IMG/VR virus record: IMGVR_UViG_3300008113_000108
Span: 57,418-121,417 of that record
DNA from: a virus
Reading direction: 5' to 3' (one strand)
Length of the DNA stretch: 64,000 nt
The notes under the pieces are model-generated. The model worked only from the letters and a program-made list of their open reading frames with translations, had not been told where the DNA came from and searched no databases. Shown piece by piece: positions 26,092-35,285 of the stretch (position 1 is the stretch's first letter; each line of letters starts with the position of its first letter). Position numbers and translations under genes: made by a program.

Positions 26092-26724
26092 ATGGCTATA
26101 AAATTTATTGATGCGGCAAAGCATAGTAAAGGATATATGCATCAGAACGATGCGTGGGAGTATTTACAGCAAAATACTTCTCCTAGTGTATTAGAAGAAT
26201 TTGAAAAAAGATTTAGAAACGAATATAAAGTATCCAATCCATCTATAGTTCCAGAATGTGGATTGGATTTGGTTAAAGAATTTGAAGGATGTAAATTAAG
26301 TGCATATTATGATCCCCATACTGGTGGACTTCCAATCACAATTGGCTGGGGAAGTACCAGAGATATGAGTGGAAAGCCATTTAAAATCACTGATAAAATT
26401 ACTCAGGTACAAGCAGATCAACTACTTGAGTATCAAGCTAGAAATCAGTTCCTTCCACCACTAACCAAGATTCCATATTGGAATGAAATGAATGAAGAAA
26501 TGAGAGGAGCACTACTCTCATTTGCATATAATCTAGGTGCTAACTTTTATGGATCCGAAGGATTTACTACTATAACTAAAGTGCTAAAAGATAAGTCTTG
26601 GCACATGGTTCCAGAAGCACTTTATCGTTATCGTAATCCAGGATCATCTGTAGAGAAAGGTCTTGCACGTAGACGCAGAGCTGAAGGTGCTTTATGGGAA
26701 AAGGGACTTAGTAAACTTAAATAA
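26092..26724 (+). CDS. GH24 phage lysozyme (endolysin)
   Basis: EFEG...AYYD...TIGWG, SFAYNLG, GLARRRRAE. Confidence 0.92.
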   Translation: MAIKFIDAAKHSKGYMHQNDAWEYLQQNTSPSVLEEFEKRFRNEYKVSNPSIVPECGLDLVKEFEGCKLSAYYDPHTGGLPITIGWGSTRDMSGKPFKITDKITQVQADQLLEYQARNQFLPPLTKIPYWNEMNEEMRGALLSFAYNLGANFYGSEGFTTITKVLKDKSWHMVPEALYRYRNPGSSVEKGLARRRRAEGALWEKGLSKLK

Positions 26725-26874
26725 TTTTCTTCCTTTCTTTGCAGGTCTGCGAATAAAACGATTAACCTCAACCGATTGTCTTTTTGGTTGAGGTCTTCTA
26801 TTTTCTAGCATCATTCCATCATTGGTCAATAATCTGGCTATGATTAAAAACTCAATGAGTATTGTTTTTGTCAT
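26692..26874 (-). CDS. small hypothetical protein
   Basis: 60-aa ORF in minus-strand cluster. Confidence 0.55.
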   Translation of the reverse strand: MTKTILIEFLIIARLLTNDGMMLENRRPQPKRQSVEVNRFIRRPAKKGRKLFKFTKSLFP

Positions 26875-26977
26875 TGCCCTCTAAGTAATCTAACATCATG
26901 ATGTAGGTTAAAAAACTTAGTGTGCCCAATAGTATTATTCCGAGTCCTATTGAAACTCCCCATGGAAAGTCATTCAT
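26852..26977 (-). CDS. small membrane protein (41 aa, MNDFPWGVSIGLGIILL...)
   Basis: read by hand; overlaps neighbours. Confidence 0.6.
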   Translation of the reverse strand: MNDFPWGVSIGLGIILLGTLSFLTYIMMLDYLEGNDKNNTH

Positions 26978-27254
26978 CTTCTTTTTTCTTTTTAAGGTCT
27001 GCTTTGAGTGCTATTATAGTAGCAAGAAGTGACATCAAAGTTTGAACAGATTCTGATGTATTATCATCACATTTACTTGGAGGTTTTGCCCCAGTTTGAT
27101 TAAATGCTTTTACAAGATACAAATAATGTAAACTGGTCATTACTTTAAAATTGCAGATGACATAATTTGTAAATGTCATTGCAACGATAGATGTTGCAAC
27201 AAAAGCAACTAGCAAAGGAACAATATTATCTAGGGTTGGAAATCTAAATTTCAT
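26970..27254 (-). CDS. two-TM hypothetical protein
   Basis: two hydrophobic segments, charged tail. Confidence 0.65.
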   Translation of the reverse strand: MKFRFPTLDNIVPLLVAFVATSIVAMTFTNYVICNFKVMTSLHYLYLVKAFNQTGAKPPSKCDDNTSESVQTLMSLLATIIALKADLKKKKEDE

Positions 27255-27438
27255 TTTTATGAATCCAAGTTTTTAATTCATGTAAATATTCTCTTAGCAT
27301 GTTAGCTTTTTCTTCATGCCAAGGATCTTCAGTTTTCAAGTATTGTCTTGTGTGATTATCTATCGCTTTTAATATATTGTGGATAGGAGCATTCCACGGT
27401 TCCCTAATGGGAGTATTAAATGTTCTTCTCTCGTCCAT
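27244..27438 (-). CDS. conserved cyanophage hypothetical protein
   Basis: NTPIREPWNAPIH...AIDNH...LKTWI. Confidence 0.75.
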   Translation of the reverse strand: MDERRTFNTPIREPWNAPIHNILKAIDNHTRQYLKTEDPWHEEKANMLREYLHELKTWIHKNEI

Positions 27439-27580
27439 ATAGGTTCTGCTCCATGTAGGTATATAACTTTTCTTTCAGTTCACTATATACATCCCACATT
27501 TCTTCAGAACCAGTTTTCTCCTGGTAAGCATTGCAAGCTAAAATTAAGTAGTCTATGTCGGTGGAGTTAAGTTTATACAT
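27416..27580 (-). CDS. small hypothetical protein
   Basis: ACNAYQEKTGSEEMWD; minus-strand CTAAATA at 27602-27608. Confidence 0.7.
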   Translation of the reverse strand: MYKLNSTDIDYLILACNAYQEKTGSEEMWDVYSELKEKLYTYMEQNLYGREKNI

Positions 27581-27616
27581 TCGTAATTTCCAACTCAACT
27601 ATATTTAGGAAACCCC

Positions 27617-27692
27617 TTGACAAATTTCAGGGGTCGTGCTACTATAAATAAGTGTTAAGGAATCAACACATTCCTTAACATATTTTTACAAA
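27617..27692 (+). promoter_or_regulatory. psbA dual promoter (sigma70 plus T4 late) with 5'UTR hairpin and HLR1-like box
   Basis: TTGACA-17-TACTAT overlapping TATAAATA; TGTTAAGGAAT/ATTCCTTAACA hairpin; TTAACATA-TT-TTTACAAA. Confidence 0.7.
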
Positions 27693-27713
27693 CCATTACG
27701 TTCTTTTAAGACT

Positions 27714-28793
27714 ATGACTGCAACTCTCGCTCAACAGCGTGGGAGCAACACTTGGGAACAATTCTGCGAGTGGGTGACTTCCACCAATAACCGTCTATAC
27801 GTCGGTTGGTTCGGAACTCTAATGATTCCAACACTTCTCGCTGCTACTATCTGTTTCATTGTTGCTTTCATTGCTGCTCCTCCTGTCGATATCGACGGTA
27901 TCCGTGAGCCTGTTTCTGGCTCACTCATGTATGGAAACAACATCATCTCTGGTGCTGTTGTTCCTTCTAGCAATGCTATCGGCCTGCACTTTTACCCCAT
28001 TTGGGAAGCTGCTTCACTTGATGAGTGGCTATATAATGGTGGACCATTTCAACTAATCGTCTTCCATTTTCTAATTGGTATCTATGCTTACATGGGTCGT
28101 GAATGGGAACTATCTTACCGACTGGGTATGCGTCCTTGGATTTGTGTTGCCTACTCTGCACCCGTTGCTGCTGCTAGCGCAGTGTTTCTGGTCTATCCAT
28201 TCGGTCAGGGATCCTTCTCTGATGCGATGCCTCTGGGGATTTCAGGAACTTTCAACTACATGCTTGTTTTCCAGGCAGAACACAACATTCTTATGCACCC
28301 TTTCCATATGCTGGGAGTTGCTGGTGTCTTCGGTGGTTCTCTTTTCTCTGCTATGCACGGATCTCTTGTCACCTCTAGTCTTGTACGTGAGACGACAGAA
28401 ACTGAATCACAGAACTACGGTTACAAGTTCGGACAAGAAGAAGAAACCTACAACATTGTAGCTGCTCATGGTTATTTTGGTCGCCTTATTTTCCAATATG
28501 CTTCCTTCAATAACTCACGTTCACTACACTTCTTCCTTGCTGCTTGGCCTGTAGTTGGCATCTGGTTTGCTGCTCTCGGTGTTAGCACCATGGCATTCAA
28601 CCTCAACGGATTCAACTTCAACCAGTCTCTGCTTGATAGTGGCAACCGTGTCATTCCTACTTGGGCTGACATCCTCAACCGTGCTAACCTTGGTTTTGAA
28701 GTGATGCATGAACGCAACGCTCACAACTTCCCTCTTGACCTTGCCGCTGCTGATATGACCCCTGTGGCACTTACCGCACCAGCTATCGGTTGA
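27714..28793 (+). CDS. psbA: photosystem II D1 protein
   Basis: [42 protein letters not shown]; no intron. Confidence 0.99.
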   Translation: MTATLAQQRGSNTWEQFCEWVTSTNNRLYVGWFGTLMIPTLLAATICFIVAFIAAPPVDIDGIREPVSGSLMYGNNIISGAVVPSSNAIGLHFYPIWEAASLDEWLYNGGPFQLIVFHFLIGIYAYMGREWELSYRLGMRPWICVAYSAPVAAASAVFLVYPFGQGSFSDAMPLGISGTFNYMLVFQAEHNILMHPFHMLGVAGVFGGSLFSAMHGSLVTSSLVRETTETESQNYGYKFGQEEETYNIVAAHGYFGRLIFQYASFNNSRSLHFFLAAWPVVGIWFAALGVSTMAFNLNGFNFNQSLLDSGNRVIPTWADILNRANLGFEVMHERNAHNFPLDLAAADMTPVALTAPAIG

Positions 28794-28820
28794 CAATCTC
28801 ACGATAACGTGCTAAGATTA

Positions 28821-28847
28821 GAGAGCCTAAATGGGCTCTCTTTTTTT
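28821..28847 (+). terminator. psbA terminator
   Basis: GAGAGCCT-AAAT-GGGCTCTC then T7. Confidence 0.8.
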
Positions 28848-29216
28848 ATGACTGAAAATGACGAATTGAAAACTAAAATTTGTGTCTATTGCAACCAGGA
28901 AAAACCATTATCGGGTTATCCTGGACACCGAGGACATAAAGATAGGTTAGATACAAGATGTAGGCAATGTATTAGTGAGCAAAATAAATTGAGATATAAA
29001 CTCAAAAAAACTGCTCCACCAAAACCAGAAGTGTGTGATCTGTGTGGAAAGAAACCTCCACATAATAAAAAGATTGTTCTTGATCACTGCCATGAAACTG
29101 GAACATTTCGTGGATGGCTATGTGACCCATGCAACGTTGGATTGGGCAACCTGGGAGACAATCTTGAGTCTCTTACCATGGCGGTTCAATATCTTCAGGA
29201 GCGATCTAGGGGTTGA
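28848..29216 (+). mobile_element. endonuclease VII-family homing endonuclease (F-CphI-like)
   Basis: CDLC...VLDHCH.TG.FRGWLC..CN.GLG; directly downstream of psbA. Confidence 0.88.
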
Positions 29217-29263
29217 CAAGCATCTAGAAATGGTGTATGATACTCAAGTGAATTTAAAAAATT

Positions 29264-29932
29264 ATGACAAAATACAACATGTGGGTTAGCTCTGGAGATA
29301 CTTCATGGGCTAGAACTTACTTCAATGAACTTGGAGCTGTTCAATTAACTCAAGAACAAGTTGATAAGTATTTCACTTTTGATGAAAAAGGCGTAATTCA
29401 ATTCGATGATGAAGTTCTTTGCGAAGCAACTGACCGAGATTGGGACGATCCAGAAAATGATTTTCCTACTTGGGATACAATTACTGATGGATGTATTTGT
29501 TGGGGTCCTGATGTGGACGATCAAAACATCGGTATTTCCCCAGTAGATGATGATGAAAATCCTATTTGGGTACAACCTATCGAACAACTCACTTACTATT
29601 CAAAAGAAGATATTGAAGAGTCTGTTCATTATGAAGAAGAACCTGGCAAAGCCGTTGCATGTATTCTACCTGAAATGGAAAATAAAGACGGAGTATGGAT
29701 TCTTTACAACTCATATGAACGTGGCGGGTACATCGGTGAATTTGAAATTCCCGATGGAGAAGAATTCGATCCTTCTAAACTAATTGTTCACCTCACTGAA
29801 GTTGCTGAGTCTTGGACTGTAGTGAGTGGAATCGAATACAACGGGGAAGATATATATTGTGAAGGCGATACCATTGGCAAAGGAATCGACTGGTATGTGT
29901 ATCACAATGGAAATCTTAAAAGTTTTAAATGA
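29264..29932 (+). CDS. acidic hypothetical protein
   Basis: 222-aa ORF; promoter TTGACA-17-TATGAT upstream. Confidence 0.75.
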   Translation: MTKYNMWVSSGDTSWARTYFNELGAVQLTQEQVDKYFTFDEKGVIQFDDEVLCEATDRDWDDPENDFPTWDTITDGCICWGPDVDDQNIGISPVDDDENPIWVQPIEQLTYYSKEDIEESVHYEEEPGKAVACILPEMENKDGVWILYNSYERGGYIGEFEIPDGEEFDPSKLIVHLTEVAESWTVVSGIEYNGEDIYCEGDTIGKGIDWYVYHNGNLKSFK

Positions 29933-30162
29933 ATATGGAAGAACAAATCATTGATGTTGAATCAACTGCAGTAGTTGAAGAAGAAACAGTACTAACTCCA
30001 GAACTTAGTCTGAATGAAGATAGGATTAAAACTCCTGCTGAGATTAGAAAAGATCTTGAGCAACTTAAACAATTAAATAAGCAACTTAAAAAAATCAAAC
30101 GATACATGAGAAGTCCTCTGCACGAAATTCGTCAGATGGACGCTAGAACATCAATCAATTAG
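29929..30162 (+). CDS. hypothetical protein
   Basis: 77-aa ORF. Confidence 0.65.
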   Translation: MNMEEQIIDVESTAVVEEETVLTPELSLNEDRIKTPAEIRKDLEQLKQLNKQLKKIKRYMRSPLHEIRQMDARTSIN

Positions 30163-30196
30163 TGATATATAATAAGTAACCTTTGGTTACTTTTTT

Positions 30197-30283
30197 GGAG
30201 GGGCAATCCGATTGGCGACGGAACCTGTCTTGAAAACAGTTGAGGTGTTAAAGCCCTTGGGGGTTCGACTCCCCCTCCCTCCG
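30197..30283 (+). tRNA. tRNA-Ser(TGA)
   Basis: GGAGGGG/TCCCTCC acceptor, CT-TGA-AA loop, long variable arm. Confidence 0.95.
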
Positions 30284-30300
30284 TTGTCCGTTATAATTTT

Positions 30301-30456
30301 ATGGATGAAACTTTTTATAAAGAATTTTGTGAACGGATTCAACACAGCTTACAAATTTCCATAAAGCATGGACACAATGATTACGCATTGGGACTAAAAA
30401 AATCTGTAATGATTTTAAATGAACTGAGGAAGAAGTATCAAACTGAGTCTAAATAG
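30301..30456 (+). CDS. small hypothetical protein (51 aa)
   Basis: read by hand. Confidence 0.5.
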   Translation: MDETFYKEFCERIQHSLQISIKHGHNDYALGLKKSVMILNELRKKYQTESK

Positions 30457-30480
30457 TAGCACTCTTTATTGATAAGTCCC

Positions 30481-30687
30481 ATGGAAAAGTGTCCAGCATG
30501 TGGAGTAATTATTGAAGATGGAGTTGCTAAGTTTTCATATGGTAAGCCAGGAGATTTAGAGTTTCTAGCTCAAAGAGTTTGCCAATATCGTAAAGTTGAT
30601 TCTCCATGTATTAATCCTTGTTTTAATGAGGAACATGATTATCCCCCTGGATATGACGAAGCCCCTAATTTTAATGTACCATTATGA
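30481..30687 (+). CDS. Cys-rich hypothetical protein
   Basis: CPAC...FSYGKPG...RVCQY...CIN. Confidence 0.7.
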   Translation: MEKCPACGVIIEDGVAKFSYGKPGDLEFLAQRVCQYRKVDSPCINPCFNEEHDYPPGYDEAPNFNVPL

Positions 30688-30869
30688 ATACTGAAAACCA
30701 AGAAATTGAAATTGAGTTAGATGATAAAACTGCTGCTTTAGCTCATATAATGGCTGAAGAAAAAGGCATTACAGTCGAAGAGCTTATTAGACAATGTTTG
30801 GATGAAGCCATAGAAAGTGGTTATTTTGATAATCCAGAGAATGTCACAACTGATGATCCATTAGACTGA
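30684..30869 (+). CDS. small protein, possible ribbon-helix-helix
   Basis: IEIELD...AEEKGITVEELIRQCL. Confidence 0.6.
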   Translation: MNTENQEIEIELDDKTAALAHIMAEEKGITVEELIRQCLDEAIESGYFDNPENVTTDDPLD

Positions 30870-31030
30870 TGGAGTATTCGATATACCTATCATTATTTTT
30901 AGCAGTATTTGCATACGTTTGCATTACTGATCCAAATGTTCTTGAATGGATCAGTATAAAAATTAATCACTTTATTGTGGATATGCAGTTAAAGTATATC
31001 AAACTTAAGTGGATGTTTAAAAAATTCTGA
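30869..31030 (+). CDS. small membrane protein (53 aa)
   Basis: TGATG coupling; hydrophobic N-terminus. Confidence 0.55.
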   Translation: MEYSIYLSLFLAVFAYVCITDPNVLEWISIKINHFIVDMQLKYIKLKWMFKKF

Positions 31031-31036
31031 CTTTCA

Positions 31037-31073
31037 AAGGGGGCTTGACAGCCCCCTTCTTTTTTGGTATACT
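31037..31073 (+). promoter_or_regulatory. terminator hairpin with embedded -35 of a sigma70 promoter
   Basis: AAGGGGGC-TTGACA-GCCCCCTT-T run; TTGACA-17-TATACT. Confidence 0.75.
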
Positions 31074-31095
31074 ACTGGGGTGACTCAAACGTAAC

Positions 31096-31332
31096 ATGCA
31101 AATTACAATTTATAGTAAAGACAATTGCCCCTATTGCGAGAAAATCAAGCGAGTATTTGATTTGCTTGAATTGAGTTTTGTCGAATATAAATTGAATGAA
31201 CATTTTACTCGACAAAACTTTATTGACGAATTTGGAGACGAAGCCACCTTTCCAAGAGTATTCATTGACAATGATATGATTGGTGGTTGCGTAGATACCA
31301 TTGCTTATCTCAAGGAGAACAAAATTCTATGA
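31096..31332 (+). CDS. nrdC: glutaredoxin
   Basis: CPYC active site, TFP, IGG. Confidence 0.92.
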   Translation: MQITIYSKDNCPYCEKIKRVFDLLELSFVEYKLNEHFTRQNFIDEFGDEATFPRVFIDNDMIGGCVDTIAYLKENKIL

Positions 31333-32030
31333 GCCAGATCGCAGCTTTCATTGACACTGTTATTGATGATTTTGTTATCACTCGCAAAAAGTCAAAAGCT
31401 AACTTTATTCAGTTCCTTCGATCAGAAGATATTGACCGAAGAACTATCAATGATTTTGTAGACAATAAACTGGGTTTTGTTCTAGAACAAATTGATGAAT
31501 TAACCATTGCACTAGATGGTGAAGATCAAGTAGTAAAAGAAGGGTATGGAAACTTTCGTCGTCCAGAGATACGAGAGTTTAAAGATCTTCTAAATCAGAT
31601 TGTAGATGATCTTTACACCTACAAAAACTCTAAAAAGATTGTTCGCAAAAGGAGAAAGGTATCCCCAGATAAAATTGTGAAGTATGTCAAACTTTACGAT
31701 AAAGAACTGGAGCTAGGTGGTAATACATACAAGCCAGGCAAGCCACAAGACATCATTGGAGCCAAGTATGTATTTCTATACAACATCGAAAAGCGAGAGC
31801 TTTGTTATTATGTCGGAAGGTCTTTATCAGTTCGTCGCACTATGATTGATGGTTTCGATCCAGAGAAATCATGGGTACGAACTTTACGAAAGCCAGAAGA
31901 ATTTCTAACTGAAGTTATTTCTTGCACTAAATTTAATGCTGAGAATATCGGCAGTCACTTGACAACTAAACCAAAGTCTCCTTCTGGTAGAATGACACCG
32001 AAGCACATTCTAATCAAAGTTATTACATGA
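31329..32030 (+). CDS. conserved T4-like phage hypothetical protein
   Basis: IIGA...LYN...R.L..Y...RTLRKPEE...GR. Confidence 0.75.
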   Translation: MSQIAAFIDTVIDDFVITRKKSKANFIQFLRSEDIDRRTINDFVDNKLGFVLEQIDELTIALDGEDQVVKEGYGNFRRPEIREFKDLLNQIVDDLYTYKNSKKIVRKRRKVSPDKIVKYVKLYDKELELGGNTYKPGKPQDIIGAKYVFLYNIEKRELCYYVGRSLSVRRTMIDGFDPEKSWVRTLRKPEEFLTEVISCTKFNAENIGSHLTTKPKSPSGRMTPKHILIKVIT

Positions 32031-32194
32031 CATCTATTCAAGAAAAGTTACTAAATAAAAATGTAAGAGCAATGATAAGTGGGAGGAAAAAAGACTTGAA
32101 AAAGCCTGACTTCCACTTCGATAAAATAGTTTCCATTTTCAAACGAAACTACAGAGTGGAAGTCAAAATCTTCATCCAAGATCAACAAGACTAA
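32027..32194 (+). CDS. small hypothetical protein (55 aa)
   Basis: ATGA overlap; read by hand. Confidence 0.55.
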   Translation: MTSIQEKLLNKNVRAMISGRKKDLKKPDFHFDKIVSIFKRNYRVEVKIFIQDQQD

Positions 32195-32214
32195 CACTCT
32201 AAAGGGAAAGAACC

Positions 32215-32451
32215 ATGGCAAATCTATTAATTTTACTTACTGTATTTGCAGTAGGATTTGTTTTAATAGGACTAAGTTTTTTAATTGGAATGGTGTTTGG
32301 ATGGTTCGCTAATGAATATTTCAATCCGATTTCAAATCATACTAATACTGGTCATCCAGAAATGTATGACGAGAATGGGAATTATATTACCGAGGAATTA
32401 ATTGCTGTACGTTTTGAAGACGACGAAGACGACGAAGACGAAGAGGATTAA
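32215..32451 (+). CDS. membrane protein with acidic tail
   Basis: TM helix, HPEMYDENGN, poly-D/E. Confidence 0.75.
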   Translation: MANLLILLTVFAVGFVLIGLSFLIGMVFGWFANEYFNPISNHTNTGHPEMYDENGNYITEELIAVRFEDDEDDEDEED

Positions 32452-32454
32452 TTT

Positions 32455-33336
32455 ATGATACTGGTTGATATGAATCAGTGCATGATTAGTAATTTGATGA
32501 TGCAAACTAAACTGAGTGACGGATTGGACGAAAGTATGATCCGTCACATGGTATTAACATCTCTCAAAGCTTACAAAAAGAAATTTCATGCAGAGTATGG
32601 AAATTTAGTTCTTTGTTACGATAGTAAGCACTATTGGAGAAAAGAATTCTTCCCATACTACAAACAGAATAGAAAGAAGGATAGAGAAAAATCATCCTTC
32701 GATTGGAATCAAATCTTTGAAATTCTCAATAAAATCAGAGACGAGATTCGTGACAACTTTCCATACATCGTAATGGAAATCTATGGAGCAGAAGCAGATG
32801 ATATCATTGCTACTCTCTGCAAACATGTTTCCATTCAGAACATCAAACGACAAAAGGATAATTTAAAAACAGAGAAAGTCTTAATTTTATCAGGAGATAA
32901 AGACTTCATTCAATTATCTAAGTATCCTTGTGTCACTCAATACAATCCTGTACAGAAAAAATATGTTACAGATGGTATTGATCCAAAACTTTATATCAGA
33001 GAACACGTAATTAAAGGAGATCGTTCTGACGGTATTCCAAACTTTCTATCTGCTTCTGACACGTTTGTTTCTGGAAAGAGACAAAAGCCCATTAGCAAAA
33101 AGAACATAGCTAAGTGGGTACTATCAGAACCAGAAAGCTATTGTAATCAGGAACAGCTAGCGAACTATCATCGCAATCTCAAGCTAATTGATCTTGCTTG
33201 TATTCCTACTACAATAGAAGAAAAAATTATAGATGAATACAACTTGTTAAATAGTAACAAACCCAAACAGGTATCAATAAATTATTTTATTGAAAACAAA
33301 TTAGTTTCACTATTAAATGAAATGGAGGATTTTTAA
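32455..33336 (+). CDS. rnh: T4-type RNase H (5'-3' exonuclease)
   Basis: ILVD, YKQNR, EADDII, SGDKDFIQL, GDRSDGIPN. Confidence 0.95.
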   Translation: MILVDMNQCMISNLMMQTKLSDGLDESMIRHMVLTSLKAYKKKFHAEYGNLVLCYDSKHYWRKEFFPYYKQNRKKDREKSSFDWNQIFEILNKIRDEIRDNFPYIVMEIYGAEADDIIATLCKHVSIQNIKRQKDNLKTEKVLILSGDKDFIQLSKYPCVTQYNPVQKKYVTDGIDPKLYIREHVIKGDRSDGIPNFLSASDTFVSGKRQKPISKKNIAKWVLSEPESYCNQEQLANYHRNLKLIDLACIPTTIEEKIIDEYNLLNSNKPKQVSINYFIENKLVSLLNEMEDF

Positions 33337-33339
33337 CTC

Positions 33340-33792
33340 ATGGCTGAATTACCAGTAGAAAGACTTCTGCTCTCAGAAGTTCTACAAAAAGTATCTAATG
33401 CTAAAACGAAAAAGGAAAAGATCGGACTGCTAAACAAATATAAGACTCCTGCACTACAATCAATTCTAATCTGGAACTTTGATGATAGTGTAGTTTCTAT
33501 GTTGCCTGAAGGAGACGTACCTTATACTCCTAATGAAGCTCCAGTAGATACGGAGCACACTCGACTACTCCATGAGTATCGAATTCTTTATAACTTTGTT
33601 AAGGGTGGTAATGATGGTCTCTCTGGAAACAAAAGAGAAACCATGTTCATCCAACTCCTAGAAAGTCTTCATCAAGATGAAGCAAAACTTCTCTGCATGG
33701 TAAAAGATAAACTTGTAGGTAAGAAATATAAGATTACCAAAGCCTGTGTAGAAGAAGCTTATCCAGAAATTAAGTGGGGAAATAGGTCGTGA
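33340..33792 (+). CDS. conserved T4-like hypothetical protein
   Basis: LPEGDVPY...KRETMFIQLLESLH..EA. Confidence 0.8.
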   Translation: MAELPVERLLLSEVLQKVSNAKTKKEKIGLLNKYKTPALQSILIWNFDDSVVSMLPEGDVPYTPNEAPVDTEHTRLLHEYRILYNFVKGGNDGLSGNKRETMFIQLLESLHQDEAKLLCMVKDKLVGKKYKITKACVEEAYPEIKWGNRS

Positions 33793-33793
33793 T

Positions 33794-34051
33794 ATGTGTA
33801 AGATTGTACACCAAGACTGTGATAAAAGTCTAGCTGCTGATAAGACCCTACCTCTAAACTCATATTTGGTCACGTATACACTTGACAATCAGCTCAAATA
33901 TGATATAGTGGTATGTAACAAGCGGGCTCAGATCTTCGACATGTACTGGGACAAGTACCGAGAGGGTCTAAAGGATATCCGCTGGACTGATGGCAAAGTC
34001 AATCCTAAACTCTGGGGAAACCCGCCAAAAGAACCTAAAAAGAAAAAGTAA
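33794..34051 (+). CDS. conserved cyanophage hypothetical protein
   Basis: LPLNSYLVTY...IFDMYWD...GKVNPKLWG. Confidence 0.75.
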   Translation: MCKIVHQDCDKSLAADKTLPLNSYLVTYTLDNQLKYDIVVCNKRAQIFDMYWDKYREGLKDIRWTDGKVNPKLWGNPPKEPKKKK

Positions 34052-34053
34052 TT

Positions 34054-34716
34054 ATGAGCAATGTTTATTTGATTTCACTCAGTCAAGGGGCAGGCAAACT
34101 AGAAGGTAAGTCTGCCCAAGAAGTGATTACATATACTGCCCGTGTAAGTAATCCAGCAAATCAAGAAAATTTTGATACTGCATCTAAGCTTCTTCGTTAT
34201 TGCATTCGTCAGAATCACTGGTCAATCTTTGAGCAAGCTGATATGACTCTAGAAATCAATACTAGTAGAGGAATTGCAGCTCAAATTCTTCGTCACCGTT
34301 CATTTACATTCCAGGAATTTTCACAGCGGTATGCTGATACCAAACTTCTTTCTGATCGCCCTCTGATTCCTGATCTTCGCAGACAGGATGACAAGAATCG
34401 TCAAAACTCTATTGATGATTTTGGCGATTATGTAAAGCTAAAGATGCAAGGTGAAATCCAAGACTACTTTGACAGAGGACAGCAACTTTATGATAGTCTT
34501 CTTAATCAAGGTGTTGCTAAGGAATGTGCAAGATTTGTACTTCCACTATCAACTCCAACTAGAATTTACATGAAGGGCTCAGCTAGGTCATGGATACATT
34601 ACATCAATCTTCGCTCTGCTCATGGCACTCAGAAAGAGCACATGGACATTGCCAACGAATGTAAAGAAGTATTTAAAACTGCTTTCCCTGATCTTGCCGA
34701 AGCTTTAGAATGGTGA
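34054..34716 (+). CDS. thyX: flavin-dependent thymidylate synthase
   Basis: HWSIFE, QILRHRSFTFQEFSQRY, ECARFVLP. Confidence 0.96.
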   Translation: MSNVYLISLSQGAGKLEGKSAQEVITYTARVSNPANQENFDTASKLLRYCIRQNHWSIFEQADMTLEINTSRGIAAQILRHRSFTFQEFSQRYADTKLLSDRPLIPDLRRQDDKNRQNSIDDFGDYVKLKMQGEIQDYFDRGQQLYDSLLNQGVAKECARFVLPLSTPTRIYMKGSARSWIHYINLRSAHGTQKEHMDIANECKEVFKTAFPDLAEALEW

Positions 34717-34736
34717 TCTGATCTTCCCTCTATATT

Positions 34737-35285
34737 ATGAACATCTTTTATTTGAACTATAACCCAGTTGTGTGTGCTCAAGAGCATTGCGATAAACATG
34801 TTGTAAAAATGATTGTTGAGTATGCACAACTTCTATCAACCGCTCATCGAGTTCTTGACGGTATTGGTTATTACGAACTTTCTAGTAAGAATCGACAAGT
34901 CAAGAGATTCAAACTCGATGAGCCAAGGGAATCAAATCTCTATAAAGCTTGTCATATTAACCACCCTTCTGCTGTCTGGGCTAGGAGTTCTAAATCACAT
35001 TACAAGTGGCTCTACGAGTTATTTGAACAATGCTGCATTGAATACACCAGGAGGTATGGCAAATTCCATGCTACTGAATCTCTAAAAGGATATTTACGAC
35101 ATACTCCTAATAATCTTCCAGATCTTGGATGGTCAGAACCTCCTCCAGCAATGCCCGATAAATACAAGCAAGCTGATTCAATTCAGTCGTATCGCAATTA
35201 TTACATTGGAGAAAAAGTTTCCTTTGCGAAATGGAAATCTCCAGCTACTATTCCTGAATGGTTTAAAACACATGCCTACGTATAA
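34737..35285 (+). CDS. pyrimidine-dimer DNA glycosylase family protein
   Basis: MNIFYL...HCDKHVVKMIVEYAQLLSTAH, HINHPS..W, SYRNYY. Confidence 0.8.
   Translation: MNIFYLNYNPVVCAQEHCDKHVVKMIVEYAQLLSTAHRVLDGIGYYELSSKNRQVKRFKLDEPRESNLYKACHINHPSAVWARSSKSHYKWLYELFEQCCIEYTRRYGKFHATESLKGYLRHTPNNLPDLGWSEPPPAMPDKYKQADSIQSYRNYYIGEKVSFAKWKSPATIPEWFKTHAYV

Noticed and set aside
27714-28793. Group I intron in psbA, or an adjacent psbD
   Set aside because: D1 is a continuous 359-aa ORF; no D2 sequence in the window
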